A stretch of 64,000 nt of DNA, taken from Candidatus Shapirobacteria bacterium (GTDB lineage: Bacteria; Patescibacteriota; Microgenomatia; UBA12405). Position numbers and translations under genes: made by a program. The stretch is taken from contig JBAZTV010000002.1 of NCBI GenBank assembly GCA_041661765.1, positions 203,279 through 267,278 on the forward strand, in the 5' to 3' direction. This document shows, piece by piece, positions 9,733-20,553 of this stretch (position 1 is its first letter; the number at the start of each line of letters is the position of its first letter). The notes under the pieces are model-generated. The model was not told the DNA's origin and made no database searches. It worked only from the letters and a program-made list of their open reading frames with translations.

Positions 9733-10770
9733 ATGAATAAAATTTATAGTAATACTGAAGTTGCTGAATATTTACAAAACATTGCTACTGCTTATGAAAT
9801 TAAACGAAAAAACATTTTCAAAACCGTTTCCTATCAAAACGCTGCCGACACCGTTGCCAATTATCCAAAATCTATTCAAGAAATTTGGCAAAAAAATCCA
9901 AAAGATTTAGACAATATTCCTAATATTGGACCAAATATTCTCGCCAAAATAGACTATTTATTTAGAAACAATCAACCTCATCCAGCCGTTATTAAATCTT
10001 TCAAAAACATACAACCTTGTGTTTTTACTTTCACTAAAATTAACGGTATCGGCCCAAAAATTGCTTATAAGCTAAGTAAAAATTTAAAATTTTCAACTGA
10101 TCCTGAAAAATCTTTAACCGAATTAATTATATACGCTCAAAATGAAAAAATAAGGAATATACCTAGATTAGGTCAAAAATCAGAACAATTAATTTTAACC
10201 CAGACCCTAAATTTTTTAGGTATTGGAAAACGAATGCCTTTAAAACAAGCCCAAAAAACTGCCCAAAAGATTATTGTTTATCTTCATCAACAATTTCCCG
10301 AAACTGAAATTATTCCATTAGGGAGTCTTCGTCGCCAAGTTGAAACAGTAGGGGACATCGATCTCGCTGCCAAAAGCAGTGACACCGAAAAAATATTAAA
10401 TCATTTCATTAAATATCCAGAAAAAATTCAAATCATTAATAGAGGTGATAAAAAAGCCTCGATTTTAATTGAAAATTATATTCGAGTCGATTTAATGGTT
10501 CAGCCATCAAAAAATTTCGCTTCTCTAATTCAACATTTTACCGGCTCTCGTCAACACAACATTAATCTGCGAAAATACGCCCTAAATTTAGGCCTTTCAA
10601 TTTCCGAATATGGAGTAAAAAACCTAAAAACAGGTAAAATTAACACATTTGATAATGAAGAAAAACTTTATAATTTCCTAAATCTTTGCTATATTGAACC
10701 CCAAAACAGAACCGGTGATAATGAAATTGAAATTGCTCAAAAATGTTATAATGAAAATGTTAAAGATTAA
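9733..10770 (+). CDS. polX: DNA polymerase X family, no C-terminal PHP domain
   Basis: HhH motifs (IPNIG, INGIGPK), GSLRR..GDIDL, RVDL, HFTGS..HN, SEYG. Confidence 0.9.
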   Translation: MNKIYSNTEVAEYLQNIATAYEIKRKNIFKTVSYQNAADTVANYPKSIQEIWQKNPKDLDNIPNIGPNILAKIDYLFRNNQPHPAVIKSFKNIQPCVFTFTKINGIGPKIAYKLSKNLKFSTDPEKSLTELIIYAQNEKIRNIPRLGQKSEQLILTQTLNFLGIGKRMPLKQAQKTAQKIIVYLHQQFPETEIIPLGSLRRQVETVGDIDLAAKSSDTEKILNHFIKYPEKIQIINRGDKKASILIENYIRVDLMVQPSKNFASLIQHFTGSRQHNINLRKYALNLGLSISEYGVKNLKTGKINTFDNEEKLYNFLNLCYIEPQNRTGDNEIEIAQKCYNENVKD

Positions 10771-10778
10771 TTAAAAAA

Positions 10779-11357
10779 ATGATTTATATAATTATCCTTG
10801 TTTTAGCCATTGTTTTTCTATTTTTCAGTTTTTTCAATAAATTAAAAACTCTCCAAGTCAGAATTAAAGCATCCATTCAAGAAATTGGTAATCAATTAAA
10901 ACGTCAAGCCAATTTAATTCCCAATTTAGTCGATTCCGTTAAAGGCTACATGACCCATGAAAAAGGAATTTTTGACCAATTAACCGAAGCTCGACAATCA
11001 ATTGACCAAGCTGTTAAAACCAACGATCCAAAAGCCATGGATAAGTCTCAAGAATTAATTAATAAAGCTCTCGGCTCAATTAATGTGGTTATGGAAAGCA
11101 ATCCAGAAATTAAAGCTTCAAATTTAGTTTCTAATTTAATGAACGAACTTCGTGACACCGCCGACAAATTAATGTATGCAAGACGAACATTAATCGACCT
11201 TACCGCCGATTTCAATACCACTATTTCCACTATCCCAGGAATATGGATTGCTCCACTTTTTGGTTTTAAAGAAGAAAAAGGATTAAGCACACCAACCGAC
11301 ATGGATCAACTCGAAGTTTCAAAAGAAGAAACCAAAAATCCAGAAGTAAAATTATAA
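10779..11357 (+). CDS. lemA: LemA family protein
   Basis: N-terminal TM, QLKRQANLIPNLV, ESNPEIKA, ARR. Confidence 0.9.
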   Translation: MIYIIILVLAIVFLFFSFFNKLKTLQVRIKASIQEIGNQLKRQANLIPNLVDSVKGYMTHEKGIFDQLTEARQSIDQAVKTNDPKAMDKSQELINKALGSINVVMESNPEIKASNLVSNLMNELRDTADKLMYARRTLIDLTADFNTTISTIPGIWIAPLFGFKEEKGLSTPTDMDQLEVSKEETKNPEVKL

Positions 11358-11367
11358 AAAGATTATT

Positions 11368-12252
11368 ATGATTAATGTTTACGAACAAGTCTCTATAAAC
11401 AAATTTAAGTCGAGTTTAATTATTAGCCTATTTATAGGTTTTATTTTAGGTGCCACTTATTTAATTTCCCAAGCTTTTGGTTTTGGTAATGAATTTATGA
11501 TTTTTGCTTTGATCATTTCTTTTGGCATGTCAGGCGTCAGTTATTTTTGGGGCGACCAAATCGTTGTTTCTTTAAACGGTGCCAAACCAGCCAATCGTAA
11601 AGATTTTTTTGATTTTTATACCGTCACTGAAAATTTGAGTATGGCCAATAGTACCCCTATGCCAAAAGTTTATGTCATCGATAGTCCAGCCATGAATGCT
11701 TTTGCTACTGGTCGCGACCCTAAACATTCTTTAATTTGTGCCACTAGCGGTCTTTTGCAAAAATTAAATCGTACTGAACTCGAAGCTGTCATTGGCCATG
11801 AACTATCTCATGTAAAAAATTATGACATCCGTTTAATGATGATCGTCAGTATTTTAATCGGCACACTTTCGATTGTCGTTAATTTTGCCACCAATTCTAT
11901 GTTTTTTGGCGGCCGTGACAACGATAATGACAACAACAACCCTCTTATTGCCATTCTCGGCTTAGTTTTAATTATTTTTGCTCCAATCATCGCCCAATTA
12001 ATTCAATTAGCAATTTCCCGCCGTCGCGAATTTTTAGCCGATGCTTCAGCTGTAAAATTAACTCGTCAACCTCAAGGATTAATTGACGCTCTTAAAAAAA
12101 TATCCACAGATTCAAATAAATTAGAAACAGCCTCAACGGCTACCGCCTCCCTTTATATTAGTAATCCATTTAAGGGTAATAAAGTTGCTAGCCTTTTTTC
12201 TACTCACCCCCCAATAGAAGATAGAATCGCCGCTTTGAATAAAATGCTTTAA
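11368..12252 (+). CDS. htpX: HtpX-like M48 zinc metalloprotease
   Basis: NAFATG, HELSH, SRRREFLAD, FSTHPP. Confidence 0.93.
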   Translation: MINVYEQVSINKFKSSLIISLFIGFILGATYLISQAFGFGNEFMIFALIISFGMSGVSYFWGDQIVVSLNGAKPANRKDFFDFYTVTENLSMANSTPMPKVYVIDSPAMNAFATGRDPKHSLICATSGLLQKLNRTELEAVIGHELSHVKNYDIRLMMIVSILIGTLSIVVNFATNSMFFGGRDNDNDNNNPLIAILGLVLIIFAPIIAQLIQLAISRRREFLADASAVKLTRQPQGLIDALKKISTDSNKLETASTATASLYISNPFKGNKVASLFSTHPPIEDRIAALNKML

Positions 12253-12260
12253 AATAACTC

Positions 12261-15200
12261 ATGGCTAATTTTGTTCATCTTCATGTTCATACTGAATATT
12301 CTCTTCTTGATGGCCTCACCAAAATTAAAAAATTAATTCCCGCGATTAAAGAAATGGGGATGGATTCCATTGCCATCACTGATCACGGTAATATGTATGG
12401 TGCCATTGAATTCTATAAGGCTTGCAAAAAAAATAATATTAAGCCAATTATTGGCTGTGAAGTCTATTTAGCTCCTAATGGCCGACTCGATAAATCAGCG
12501 GCCAATCGCCGCAATCACCATTTAATTTTATTAGCCAAAAACGACCAAGGCTATCGAAATTTAATGAAATTAGTCAGTATTGGAAACATTGAAGGTTATT
12601 ATTATAAACCTCGAATTGATTGGGAAATTTTACAACAATATAAAGATGGATTAATTTGTAATAGCGCCTGCATTGAGGGAGAAATTTCAAAATTAATTTT
12701 AGACGACAATTACGAAAAAGCTAAAAAAAGAGCCAAAGATTTTCAAGATCTTTTTGGAGAAGATTATTATTTAGAAATTCAACGACATCCAGGCTTAAAA
12801 GATCAAGATCGAGCCAACGAAGGAATCGTTAAAATTAGTCGAGAATTAGGCATTCCACTGATTGCCGCCAACGACGCCCACTACCTCAAAAAAAGTGATG
12901 CCTTTGCTCAAGATGTTTTAATGATGATTAATACTCAAACAACTCTCAACGACTCAAAAAGATTAAGTATGTTTGACATCCCCGATTTTTACATCAAATC
13001 ACCAGAAGAAATGGCAGAGCAGTTTTCCGATATTCCAGATGCTCTAGAAAACACTATAAAAATTGCCAAAAAATGTAATTTAGAAATTGAATTAGGCAAC
13101 TGGTATTTTCCTAAATTTAAACTACCAGAAAATAAAAATGCTGAAGAAACTTTAAAAGAATTAGTTTATAAATGCGCCGAAGAACATTACGGCAAATTAA
13201 ATCACGAAATAATTGATCGTCTCGAATATGAACTAGAAGTCATTAATCCAAAAGGTTACGCTGCTTACTTTTTGATCATGTACGATTTTATTCGTTGGAC
13301 TGAGGAGAATGATACTCCCACTAATACTAGGGGTTCTGCTGGCGGTTGTTTAGTTGCTTTCGTTTTAGGTATAACCTCCGTTGATCCTTTAATCTATCAA
13401 TTACCTTTCGAAAGATTTTTAAATAAAGATCGTCCTTCGCCACCAGATATCGATTTAGACATCGCCGACGACAAGCGACAAGGAATGCTTTATCATATCG
13501 TCGAACAATATGGTAAAGACGCTGTTGCTCAAATTTGTACTTTTGGTCGAATGATGGCCAAAGGTGCTGTCCGCGACACTGCTCGCGTTCTGGGTTATGA
13601 ATATACTATTGGAGACAAAATAAGTAAATTAATCCCCATGGGAGCTCAAGGCTTCCCCATGTCTATCGACAAAGCTATTGATACCACCCCTGAATTAAAA
13701 AATCTTTACGAAACCGACCCTGATTCCAAAAAAATTATTGAAGCCGCCAAACAAATCGAAGGTTGTGCTCGTCATATTAGTGTTCATGCCTGTGCTATTG
13801 TCATTTCTCCAACTGCCATCACCGATTTCTCTCCAGTTCAAACAGAAACTGGTGGCGACAAAACTATCACTCAATATGAAATGCATGCCTGTGAGGATGT
13901 CGGTTTAATTAAATATGATATTTTAGGGATTCGAAATTTGTCCTTTTTGGGACAATCAGTTTTAAATGTTCGTAAATATAAAAATATTGACATCAATCTA
14001 AGAAAAATTCCTCTCGATGATAAAAAAACTTTTGAGATGCTTTCTCGTGGTAATACTATGGGTGTCTTTCAACTAGCAGGCGAGGGAATGACAAAATGGA
14101 TTAAAGAACTTAAACCAAATCGAGTTGAAGATTTAATGGCCATGGTGGCTCTTTATCGTCCCGGTCCAATGGCTATTATTCCAGAATATATTGCCCGTAA
14201 AAACGATCCGTCTAAAACCAGCTATATCGATCCTAAAATGGAAAAATTTTTAGATAAATCATATGGTCTTTTGGTTTACCAAGATGACTGTTTATACACT
14301 GCCATTGAGCTCGCTGGTTACAATTGGACCGAAGTCGATAAATTTAGAAAAGCTATTGGTAAAAAAATTCCCGAAGAAATGGCTATTCAAAAAGAAAAAT
14401 TTATCAATGGATGTATTAAAAATGGTTACACTGAGGAAAAAGCTAAAGAAATTTTTAGTTACATTGAACCATTCACTTCATACGGTTTCAATAAAGCTCA
14501 CGCTGCCTCCTATGGAATGCTTGCCTATCGCACTGCCTACATGAAAGCCAATTATCCAGTTGAATACATGTGTGCCCTTCTAACCGCCGAATCTGGTGAC
14601 TCTGAAAAAATAACCGATGGTGTTAGTGAATGTCGTCATTTAGGTATAATTGTCGGACCTCCTAATATTAATAAATCATTAAGTGGTTTTGAAATAGAAG
14701 AAAATTCCGAATCACTCGAAAAACTCGCTATTCGTTTTGGTTTAAGTGCTATTAAAAATGTCGGCGAGGCCGCTATTGAAAACATTATTAACGAACGAAA
14801 CACTAATGGTCCATTTATTAGTTTTAATGATTTTTGCCTTCGTGTCGATTCTCAAAAAATTAATAAAAGAGTTTTAGAAAGTTTAATCAAAGTCGGTGCC
14901 ATGGATAAGTTTGGCGAAAGAAACGCCATTTTAGCCTCACTTGAAAAAATTAGAATCGATTGTGACAAGTTAAATGCAAAAAAAAGTAATGGACAATTCA
15001 GTCTTTTTGATGCTCCTACCGATGATAATACTAAGATAATTGCTCCACCAGATATTTTTATTCAAACCACTCCTATGACCGAACATGACCGTTTAGCCCT
15101 GGAAAAAGAACTTCTCGGAATCTTTATCACTGAAAATCCCGTTAGTAAAATTCTCCTTCCCTTTCAAACTCTAGGCCTTCCTAAAATATCTGAAATTATT

Positions 15201-15683
15201 CAAAAAGACACCAACATTCCAGTTAAAATGGCCGCCTCTTTAACCAAAATCAAAATGATTCGCACTAAGAAAAATAATGCCAAAATGGCTTTCCTCTCTT
15301 TTGAAGACGAAACCGGAAAAATCGAAGCTGTCGTTTTTCCTAAAACTTTTGATGAAATCGAAAATATCCTAGCCGAAAATAAGGCATTTTATATTGAAGG
15401 TAAGACTAACATAAGAGAAGGTGCTCTATCAATTTTAATTGATAATATTAGCTTAGATCCTCCCAAAAATTCCTCAAAATATGATTTTGTCATTACCGTT
15501 CCCAAAAACGCCAGTCAAAATCAATTAATGAACTTAAATACCCTACTTAAACAAAACCCCAATGGACATCGCGGTTTAATAATTCTTCCAAATGGAAAAA
15601 ATATTCCACTCAATTACGGAGTAAACTATAATGAAAACCTTCAGCAACAAATTGACAATATCTTCTTGTCAAATAAAAATTAG
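12261..15683 (+). CDS. dnaE: DNA polymerase III alpha subunit
   Basis: FVHLHVHTEYSLLDG, RGSAGG, PDIDLD, FNKAHA. Confidence 0.97.
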   Translation: MANFVHLHVHTEYSLLDGLTKIKKLIPAIKEMGMDSIAITDHGNMYGAIEFYKACKKNNIKPIIGCEVYLAPNGRLDKSAANRRNHHLILLAKNDQGYRNLMKLVSIGNIEGYYYKPRIDWEILQQYKDGLICNSACIEGEISKLILDDNYEKAKKRAKDFQDLFGEDYYLEIQRHPGLKDQDRANEGIVKISRELGIPLIAANDAHYLKKSDAFAQDVLMMINTQTTLNDSKRLSMFDIPDFYIKSPEEMAEQFSDIPDALENTIKIAKKCNLEIELGNWYFPKFKLPENKNAEETLKELVYKCAEEHYGKLNHEIIDRLEYELEVINPKGYAAYFLIMYDFIRWTEENDTPTNTRGSAGGCLVAFVLGITSVDPLIYQLPFERFLNKDRPSPPDIDLDIADDKRQGMLYHIVEQYGKDAVAQICTFGRMMAKGAVRDTARVLGYEYTIGDKISKLIPMGAQGFPMSIDKAIDTTPELKNLYETDPDSKKIIEAAKQIEGCARHISVHACAIVISPTAITDFSPVQTETGGDKTITQYEMHACEDVGLIKYDILGIRNLSFLGQSVLNVRKYKNIDINLRKIPLDDKKTFEMLSRGNTMGVFQLAGEGMTKWIKELKPNRVEDLMAMVALYRPGPMAIIPEYIARKNDPSKTSYIDPKMEKFLDKSYGLLVYQDDCLYTAIELAGYNWTEVDKFRKAIGKKIPEEMAIQKEKFINGCIKNGYTEEKAKEIFSYIEPFTSYGFNKAHAASYGMLAYRTAYMKANYPVEYMCALLTAESGDSEKITDGVSECRHLGIIVGPPNINKSLSGFEIEENSESLEKLAIRFGLSAIKNVGEAAIENIINERNTNGPFISFNDFCLRVDSQKINKRVLESLIKVGAMDKFGERNAILASLEKIRIDCDKLNAKKSNGQFSLFDAPTDDNTKIIAPPDIFIQTTPMTEHDRLALEKELLGIFITENPVSKILLPFQTLGLPKISEIIQKDTNIPVKMAASLTKIKMIRTKKNNAKMAFLSFEDETGKIEAVVFPKTFDEIENILAENKAFYIEGKTNIREGALSILIDNISLDPPKNSSKYDFVITVPKNASQNQLMNLNTLLKQNPNGHRGLIILPNGKNIPLNYGVNYNENLQQQIDNIFLSNKN

Positions 15684-15741
15684 ATTGCTAGACTACCAAG
15701 GCTTACTTTGATATAATTCAAAGCATCAATTTAATATAAAC

Positions 15742-16056
15742 ATGTCCTTAAAAATCACTTATAAAGAACAAGACTTTTTCGTTGGTGACTCCGTCAAAGT
15801 CAATTATAAAATCAAAGAAAAAGATAAAGAAAGAGTACAAGCTTTCGATGGTGTTATTTTAGCTGTCAAAGGAATGGGTGAAAATAAAAATTTCATCGTT
15901 CAAAAGGTTGCCTCAAATGCCGTCAAAGTTGAAAGAACTTTTCCAGTCAATTCACCTTGGATTGATAGTATTATTAAATTAAGAGCACCAAAAAGTAAAA
16001 TTCGACGAGCTAAACTGTACTATTTGCGTGCCGATAAAGTTCGTAAAACAGCTTAA
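15742..16056 (+). CDS. rplS: 50S ribosomal protein L19
   Basis: KERVQAFDG, VERTFPVNSP, RRAKLYYLR. Confidence 0.96.
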   Translation: MSLKITYKEQDFFVGDSVKVNYKIKEKDKERVQAFDGVILAVKGMGENKNFIVQKVASNAVKVERTFPVNSPWIDSIIKLRAPKSKIRRAKLYYLRADKVRKTA

Positions 16057-16062
16057 TAATCT

Positions 16063-16135
16063 GGGTCTTTAGCTCAGTCGGTAGAGCAGTTGCCTTTTAA
16101 GCAATTGGTCGCGGGTTCGAATCCCGCAGGACCCA
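16063..16135 (+). tRNA. tRNA-Lys(TTT)
   Basis: GTTGC-CTTTTAA-GCAAT anticodon arm. Confidence 0.95.
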
Positions 16136-16138
16136 CAC

Positions 16139-16786
16139 ATGCACATCTACGGTCTAATCCTAGGAATCTGTTTTGTCGTCAGCATCACGTATTTCCAAAA
16201 AAATAATAAAATTATTCCCAAAAATAAAGAAAATATTTTCCTTATTTTTCTCCTAATTTTCGGTATAATTGGCGCTCGAATTTATTCCATTATTCAAAAT
16301 TGGCATTATTTTTCTCAAAACCCCATCCAAATTTTAAATCTTCCCGGTGGTGGATTTGGAATTTATGGTGGCTTAATTTTTGGAATTTTCTTTATTTTTC
16401 TTTTTTCTCAAAAAAATAAAATTAATTTTTTAAAAATCACCAACACTCTTGCTCCTATTGTTCCTCTTTGCCAAAGTCTGGGTCGCTTCGGGAATTTTTT
16501 TAATCATGAAATTTACGGCATTAATAATCAACCAGTTTGGTTTTATGAATCCATTTTATTATTTATCTTATTTTTAATTTTTCAAAAAATGAAAACCCAT
16601 CAAACCGCCATTTACCTAATTTACTATGGAACTATCAGATTTTTCCTCGAATTCATTCGACTCGACACTATTCCCGTTTATTTTTTAACATTTGCTCAAA
16701 TTTTAAGCCTTTCTTTTATTTTAATTGGCTTTATAATAATCATTTATGAAAACACTAGTAATAAACCCAGGGTCAACCAGCACTAA
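16139..16786 (+). CDS. lgt: Prolipoprotein diacylglyceryl transferase (short)
   Basis: GARIY, GGFGIYGG, GRFGNFFNHEIYG, YES, RFFLEFIR. Confidence 0.92.
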   Translation: MHIYGLILGICFVVSITYFQKNNKIIPKNKENIFLIFLLIFGIIGARIYSIIQNWHYFSQNPIQILNLPGGGFGIYGGLIFGIFFIFLFSQKNKINFLKITNTLAPIVPLCQSLGRFGNFFNHEIYGINNQPVWFYESILLFILFLIFQKMKTHQTAIYLIYYGTIRFFLEFIRLDTIPVYFLTFAQILSLSFILIGFIIIIYENTSNKPRVNQH

Positions 16787-17828
16787 AATAGCTGTCTTTG
16801 AAGATAAGGAACTTATTTTTGAATCCAAAATGGATCATACTAAGGATCAAGAATTCCAAGAAAAATTTAGTAAACCAGGAAATATTTTTAGACAATTTGA
16901 TTATCGACTTCAACATATCTCCGACACCTTAAAAGAAAACGATATTACTCAACTTGATGCCATTGTTGGTCGTGGTGGAATGCTTCCTCCTCTTACTTCT
17001 GGCACTTATATAGTTAACGAAAGAATGGTTGATGATTTAAAAGATCGTCCCCAAGCCAATCATGCCTCAAATCTTGGCGCTCCAATTGCTCTAGAATTAG
17101 CCAAAAAATTCAACATCACTGATAAAGTTTTTATTGCTGATTCTGTCACCACCGACGAAATTAAATTAAAACACAAAATCACTGGTATTCCCGAAATCAA
17201 TCGATATTCTGGTTGGCACGCTTTAAATCAAAAAGCTGTTTCCCGAGAATATGCTCAATCAATCGGTAAAAAATATGAAGATTTGAATTTAATTGTTGCT
17301 CATCTTGGTGGTGGATTTTCTTTCGGTGCCCACAAAAAAGGAGTTACTATTAATGTCACCAATGCTCTTGCTGGTGAAGGTCCAATGAGTCCAGAAAAAT
17401 CTGGTCAAGTTCATGCACAAGGATTAATTAATCTTTGTTTTTCCGGTAAATACACCAAAGAAGAAATTATGAATAAAATTCTTGGTGGCGGCGGTATTTT
17501 TGCCCATCTCGGCACCAAAGACACAATGGAACTCGAAAAAAGATATCCAACAATGAGTGATCAAGATAAAGACGTTGTTGATGAAATGATTGCTGGAGTT
17601 TCTCGATCAATTTGTGCTTTAATTCCCGATTTTGAAGGTGAAGAAATCGATCAAATTCTTTTGACTGGTGGAGTCTCTTATTGGAGATTGTTAACCGACA
17701 AAGTTAAACAAGATGTTTTTGCCACTAAAATAGGTGTTTCTGTTTATCCAGGTGAAAAAGAACTTGAAGCTCTTCGCGACGCTGCCATCAGAGTATTAAA
17801 TCACGAAGAATCTGCCAAAGAATATTAA
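16746..17828 (+). CDS. buk: Butyrate kinase
   Basis: LVINPGSTSTK, GRGG, HASNLG, HALNQKAV, VAHLGGG, YPGEKE. Confidence 0.93.
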   Translation: MKTLVINPGSTSTKIAVFEDKELIFESKMDHTKDQEFQEKFSKPGNIFRQFDYRLQHISDTLKENDITQLDAIVGRGGMLPPLTSGTYIVNERMVDDLKDRPQANHASNLGAPIALELAKKFNITDKVFIADSVTTDEIKLKHKITGIPEINRYSGWHALNQKAVSREYAQSIGKKYEDLNLIVAHLGGGFSFGAHKKGVTINVTNALAGEGPMSPEKSGQVHAQGLINLCFSGKYTKEEIMNKILGGGGIFAHLGTKDTMELEKRYPTMSDQDKDVVDEMIAGVSRSICALIPDFEGEEIDQILLTGGVSYWRLLTDKVKQDVFATKIGVSVYPGEKELEALRDAAIRVLNHEESAKEY

Positions 17829-17829
17829 C

Positions 17830-18495
17830 CTACCAAATTATTGGTTCTTTATCATTAAAAATCAAATAAGAATTTGTTTGGGAAAATGGTTTTGACCCAA
17901 AAAATCCATTATAAGCCGAAAGAGGGGAAGGGTGAACTGATTTAATCACTAAATGTTTTGACTCATCAATTATATTTCCTTTTTTTTGAGCGTAACCACC
18001 CCATAAAATAAAAACTAAATTTTCCTTTTGTTCCGACAAAATTTTAATCACTGCATCAGTAAATCTTTCCCAACCCTTGTTTTGATGCGAGCCAGCCATG
18101 TGTGCTTGTACAGTTAACGTTGCGTTTAACATCAACACACCTTGCTTAGCCCAATTCTCCAAATTTCCATTTTTATTAATCGTTTTCTTTCCTAAATCGC
18201 TTTCAATTTCTTTATAAATATTTACCAACGATGGCGGTGTCACCACTTCATCGTTCACCGAAAATGCCAATCCATTAGCCTGATTTACCCCATGATACGG
18301 ATCTTGTCCTAAAATTATCACCTTAACTTTATCAAAAGGCGTTAATTCAAATGCATTAAAAATAAATTTTGCTGGTGGATAAACCGTTGTTTTTTTATAT
18401 TCCGATTTTATAAATTCCACTAATTTAGAAAAATATTCCTCACTAAATTCTTTTTGCAAAACTTCTTTCCAACTTGATTCAATTTTTACTTCCAT
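17830..18495 (-). CDS. ung: Uracil-DNA glycosylase family 1
   Basis: GQDPYH, GLAFS, HPSPLS. Confidence 0.96.
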   Translation of the reverse strand: MEVKIESSWKEVLQKEFSEEYFSKLVEFIKSEYKKTTVYPPAKFIFNAFELTPFDKVKVIILGQDPYHGVNQANGLAFSVNDEVVTPPSLVNIYKEIESDLGKKTINKNGNLENWAKQGVLMLNATLTVQAHMAGSHQNKGWERFTDAVIKILSEQKENLVFILWGGYAQKKGNIIDESKHLVIKSVHPSPLSAYNGFFGSKPFSQTNSYLIFNDKEPIIW

Positions 18496-18595
18496 AAATA
18501 CATAATAAACACATTAAAGATAAAAAAAAGACCGCAGATTCTTATACACATTACTGTGCAAAAAAAACTACAGTCTTAATCTGAAATTTTTAAAA

Positions 18596-19159
18596 TTATT
18601 TTTCCTTCAAAGACTTTTGTAAGATATTTCTATTTTTAAAAAAATAATCAAACATCCCCAAAATAGAAATTATTGTAGATAAATACATCACTAACTGTCC
18701 AAAATACAACAATTCACTAAAACCACCAGCCACTAAAAAAAGAACAATTAAACCAATAAGTTGTGTAAATGTTTTAGTTTTACCCAACCAACTAGCAGAA
18801 ACTACTTTTCCTTTTTGATTACTAACAATCAAACGAATACCGTCCACGATATAATCCCTACAGACAATAACTCCTGTCACCCAAAGTGGAAGCTCCCCGA
18901 TCCAATTAAGTACCAATAAAGCCACCACAACCGTAAATTTATCGGCAATTGGATCCATTATTGCCCCAAAGACAGTTGTTTCTTTTCGACTACGAGCCAA
19001 ATAACCATCCAACCAGTCAGTTAAAGCAGCTAAACTAAAAATAAATATCACTCCGTACCAATAAAAATTACAATTTATTTTTTTCGCCACTACGGCTAAG
19101 ACTAAGAAAAACAAAACTAAACCGATACGTGAAATCGTCAATTTGTTAGGAATATTCAC
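18596..19159 (-). CDS. pgsA: CDP-diacylglycerol--glycerol-3-phosphate 3-phosphatidyltransferase
   Basis: NIPNKLTISR, TDWLDGYLAR..G..MDPIADK, GKTKT; SD AGGAGGAG, GTG start. Confidence 0.92.
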   Translation of the reverse strand: MNIPNKLTISRIGLVLFFLVLAVVAKKINCNFYWYGVIFIFSLAALTDWLDGYLARSRKETTVFGAIMDPIADKFTVVVALLVLNWIGELPLWVTGVIVCRDYIVDGIRLIVSNQKGKVVSASWLGKTKTFTQLIGLIVLFLVAGGFSELLYFGQLVMYLSTIISILGMFDYFFKNRNILQKSLKEK

Positions 19160-19359
19160 AATCCATCTCCTCCTCTTAATTTAAAAAAATCAGATTATCA
19201 AAGAACCACTGTACCAATTTGATCTAGTGTAGTACTAGTAAATCAATATAGTAGGCAATTTTAACACAACAAAAAGTAACATTCCCAAATCTGAAATTTC
19301 AAAACTTTTGTGAGCTGAGTATCCAAATTTCGAACACCTGATCAAATATATTTGAAATT

Positions 19360-19899
19360 TATAGAATCGCAATTGTCGATAAATAATTTTATTCGGCCAA
19401 TGTAATCGAATCTATTCTTACCGCAGCTCCTTTTATAACTCCTTTCGGTTTTGAAAATCAAAAGCCTCTTCAAAAAGATCATTATTACTGTTCAAACTTT
19501 CAACATTTTCTTTTAATATTTCTGTAAACATCTTTTTTTTGATGACCTTCTTGAAGGTATAGCACGACAAACATCTAATAATCTCTCAACCTTATAACGA
19601 TCTTCACTTCCGTCATCACTCACTCTACCAAAGAAAGAATACTGACTAGCACCATCCGATAAACCTTTAGAAAGATAATTAAACGTATCAAAATCATTCC
19701 AATCTACTTTTTTCACCATTTCAGTAGCTTCAATATTACTTATTTTAGAGTCAAAAAAAACAAGTAAAGTATATATTTTAAGACAATTCTGATAATTAGA
19801 AAACCAAATCATTAATGAACTTAAGCTCTGTCCAATTACTCCTGTATAGGGAATAGAACTAGATAATAATTTAAAATTTTGAAAAAAATAAGGCCTCAA
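19360..19899 (-). pseudogene. Probable decayed hypothetical gene
   Basis: 128-aa ORF stops next to a T8 run; protein-like sequence appears to continue in another frame with further stops. Confidence 0.35.
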
Positions 19900-20024
19900 G
19901 TATTGTTATAAACAATAGGTTTTTACCTATAATCTATAATATTACTCAAAGCCTTTGTTTTATTACCCTTTGGATAATACTATTTACACAATAATCATTA
20001 AGGGTTCCTTGCTCTGCCGATTTT

Positions 20025-20282
20025 CTAAAAGTTTTCTAAGGCGAAAGGATAGCTTGAAATCTTCTTTTCGTAAAAAACTATATAAAAAATATCGTGCTCA
20101 TTGCCAATTAACCTTTTGGCCTCAATCATTCTTTCTTTTTCAGAAACATCATTAATAAGCTTTTTCGCTATTAAATTTTTATTGTTAGAAGCTTCGGCTA
20201 AAGACATCATCGCACCACCTGTTTCAACATAATCCACATAAATCAAATACCAACCTGGTCCTTCTTTGAACGTTTTGTTCAT
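20025..20282 (-). CDS. Small hypothetical protein
   Basis: 85-aa ORF with SD-like AAGGTGG upstream. Confidence 0.6.
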   Translation of the reverse strand: MNKTFKEGPGWYLIYVDYVETGGAMMSLAEASNNKNLIAKKLINDVSEKERMIEAKRLIGNEHDIFYIVFYEKKISSYPFALENF

Positions 20283-20553
20283 TTTTTCATACCACCTTTA
20301 TATTTTTTTTCTTTTCAATAATTCTGGTCAACCCAATTTTGAATGTGCAATAACAAAGTGATTATAACACAATTATTATAAGATATAAATGTGATACAAA
20401 AATGCATTCAGTAAAGACTTAATAGGTTGCATTAAATTGTTTGGCCGTGAGCCGAGTATCTCAAATTTCGAATACTTAATTAAATATTTAAATAAACTGA
20501 AATCAGTTTTTGACTCATTCAATATACAAAGTCTAAAACCCTAACAAAAAAAA

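Larger units (their letters stand above)
19310..20490 (+). repeat. Pair of about 44-bp imperfect direct repeats (19310-19353 and 20447-20490), att-like
   Basis: GTGAGCTGAGTATC-CAAATTTCGAACACCTGATCAAATATAT versus GTGAGCCGAGTATCTCAAATTTCGAATACTTAATTAAATATTT. Confidence 0.75.

Noticed and set aside
17915-17940. G-rich stretch in ung as a repeat insertion
   Set aside because: It encodes the canonical HPSPLS motif and forms no hairpin.
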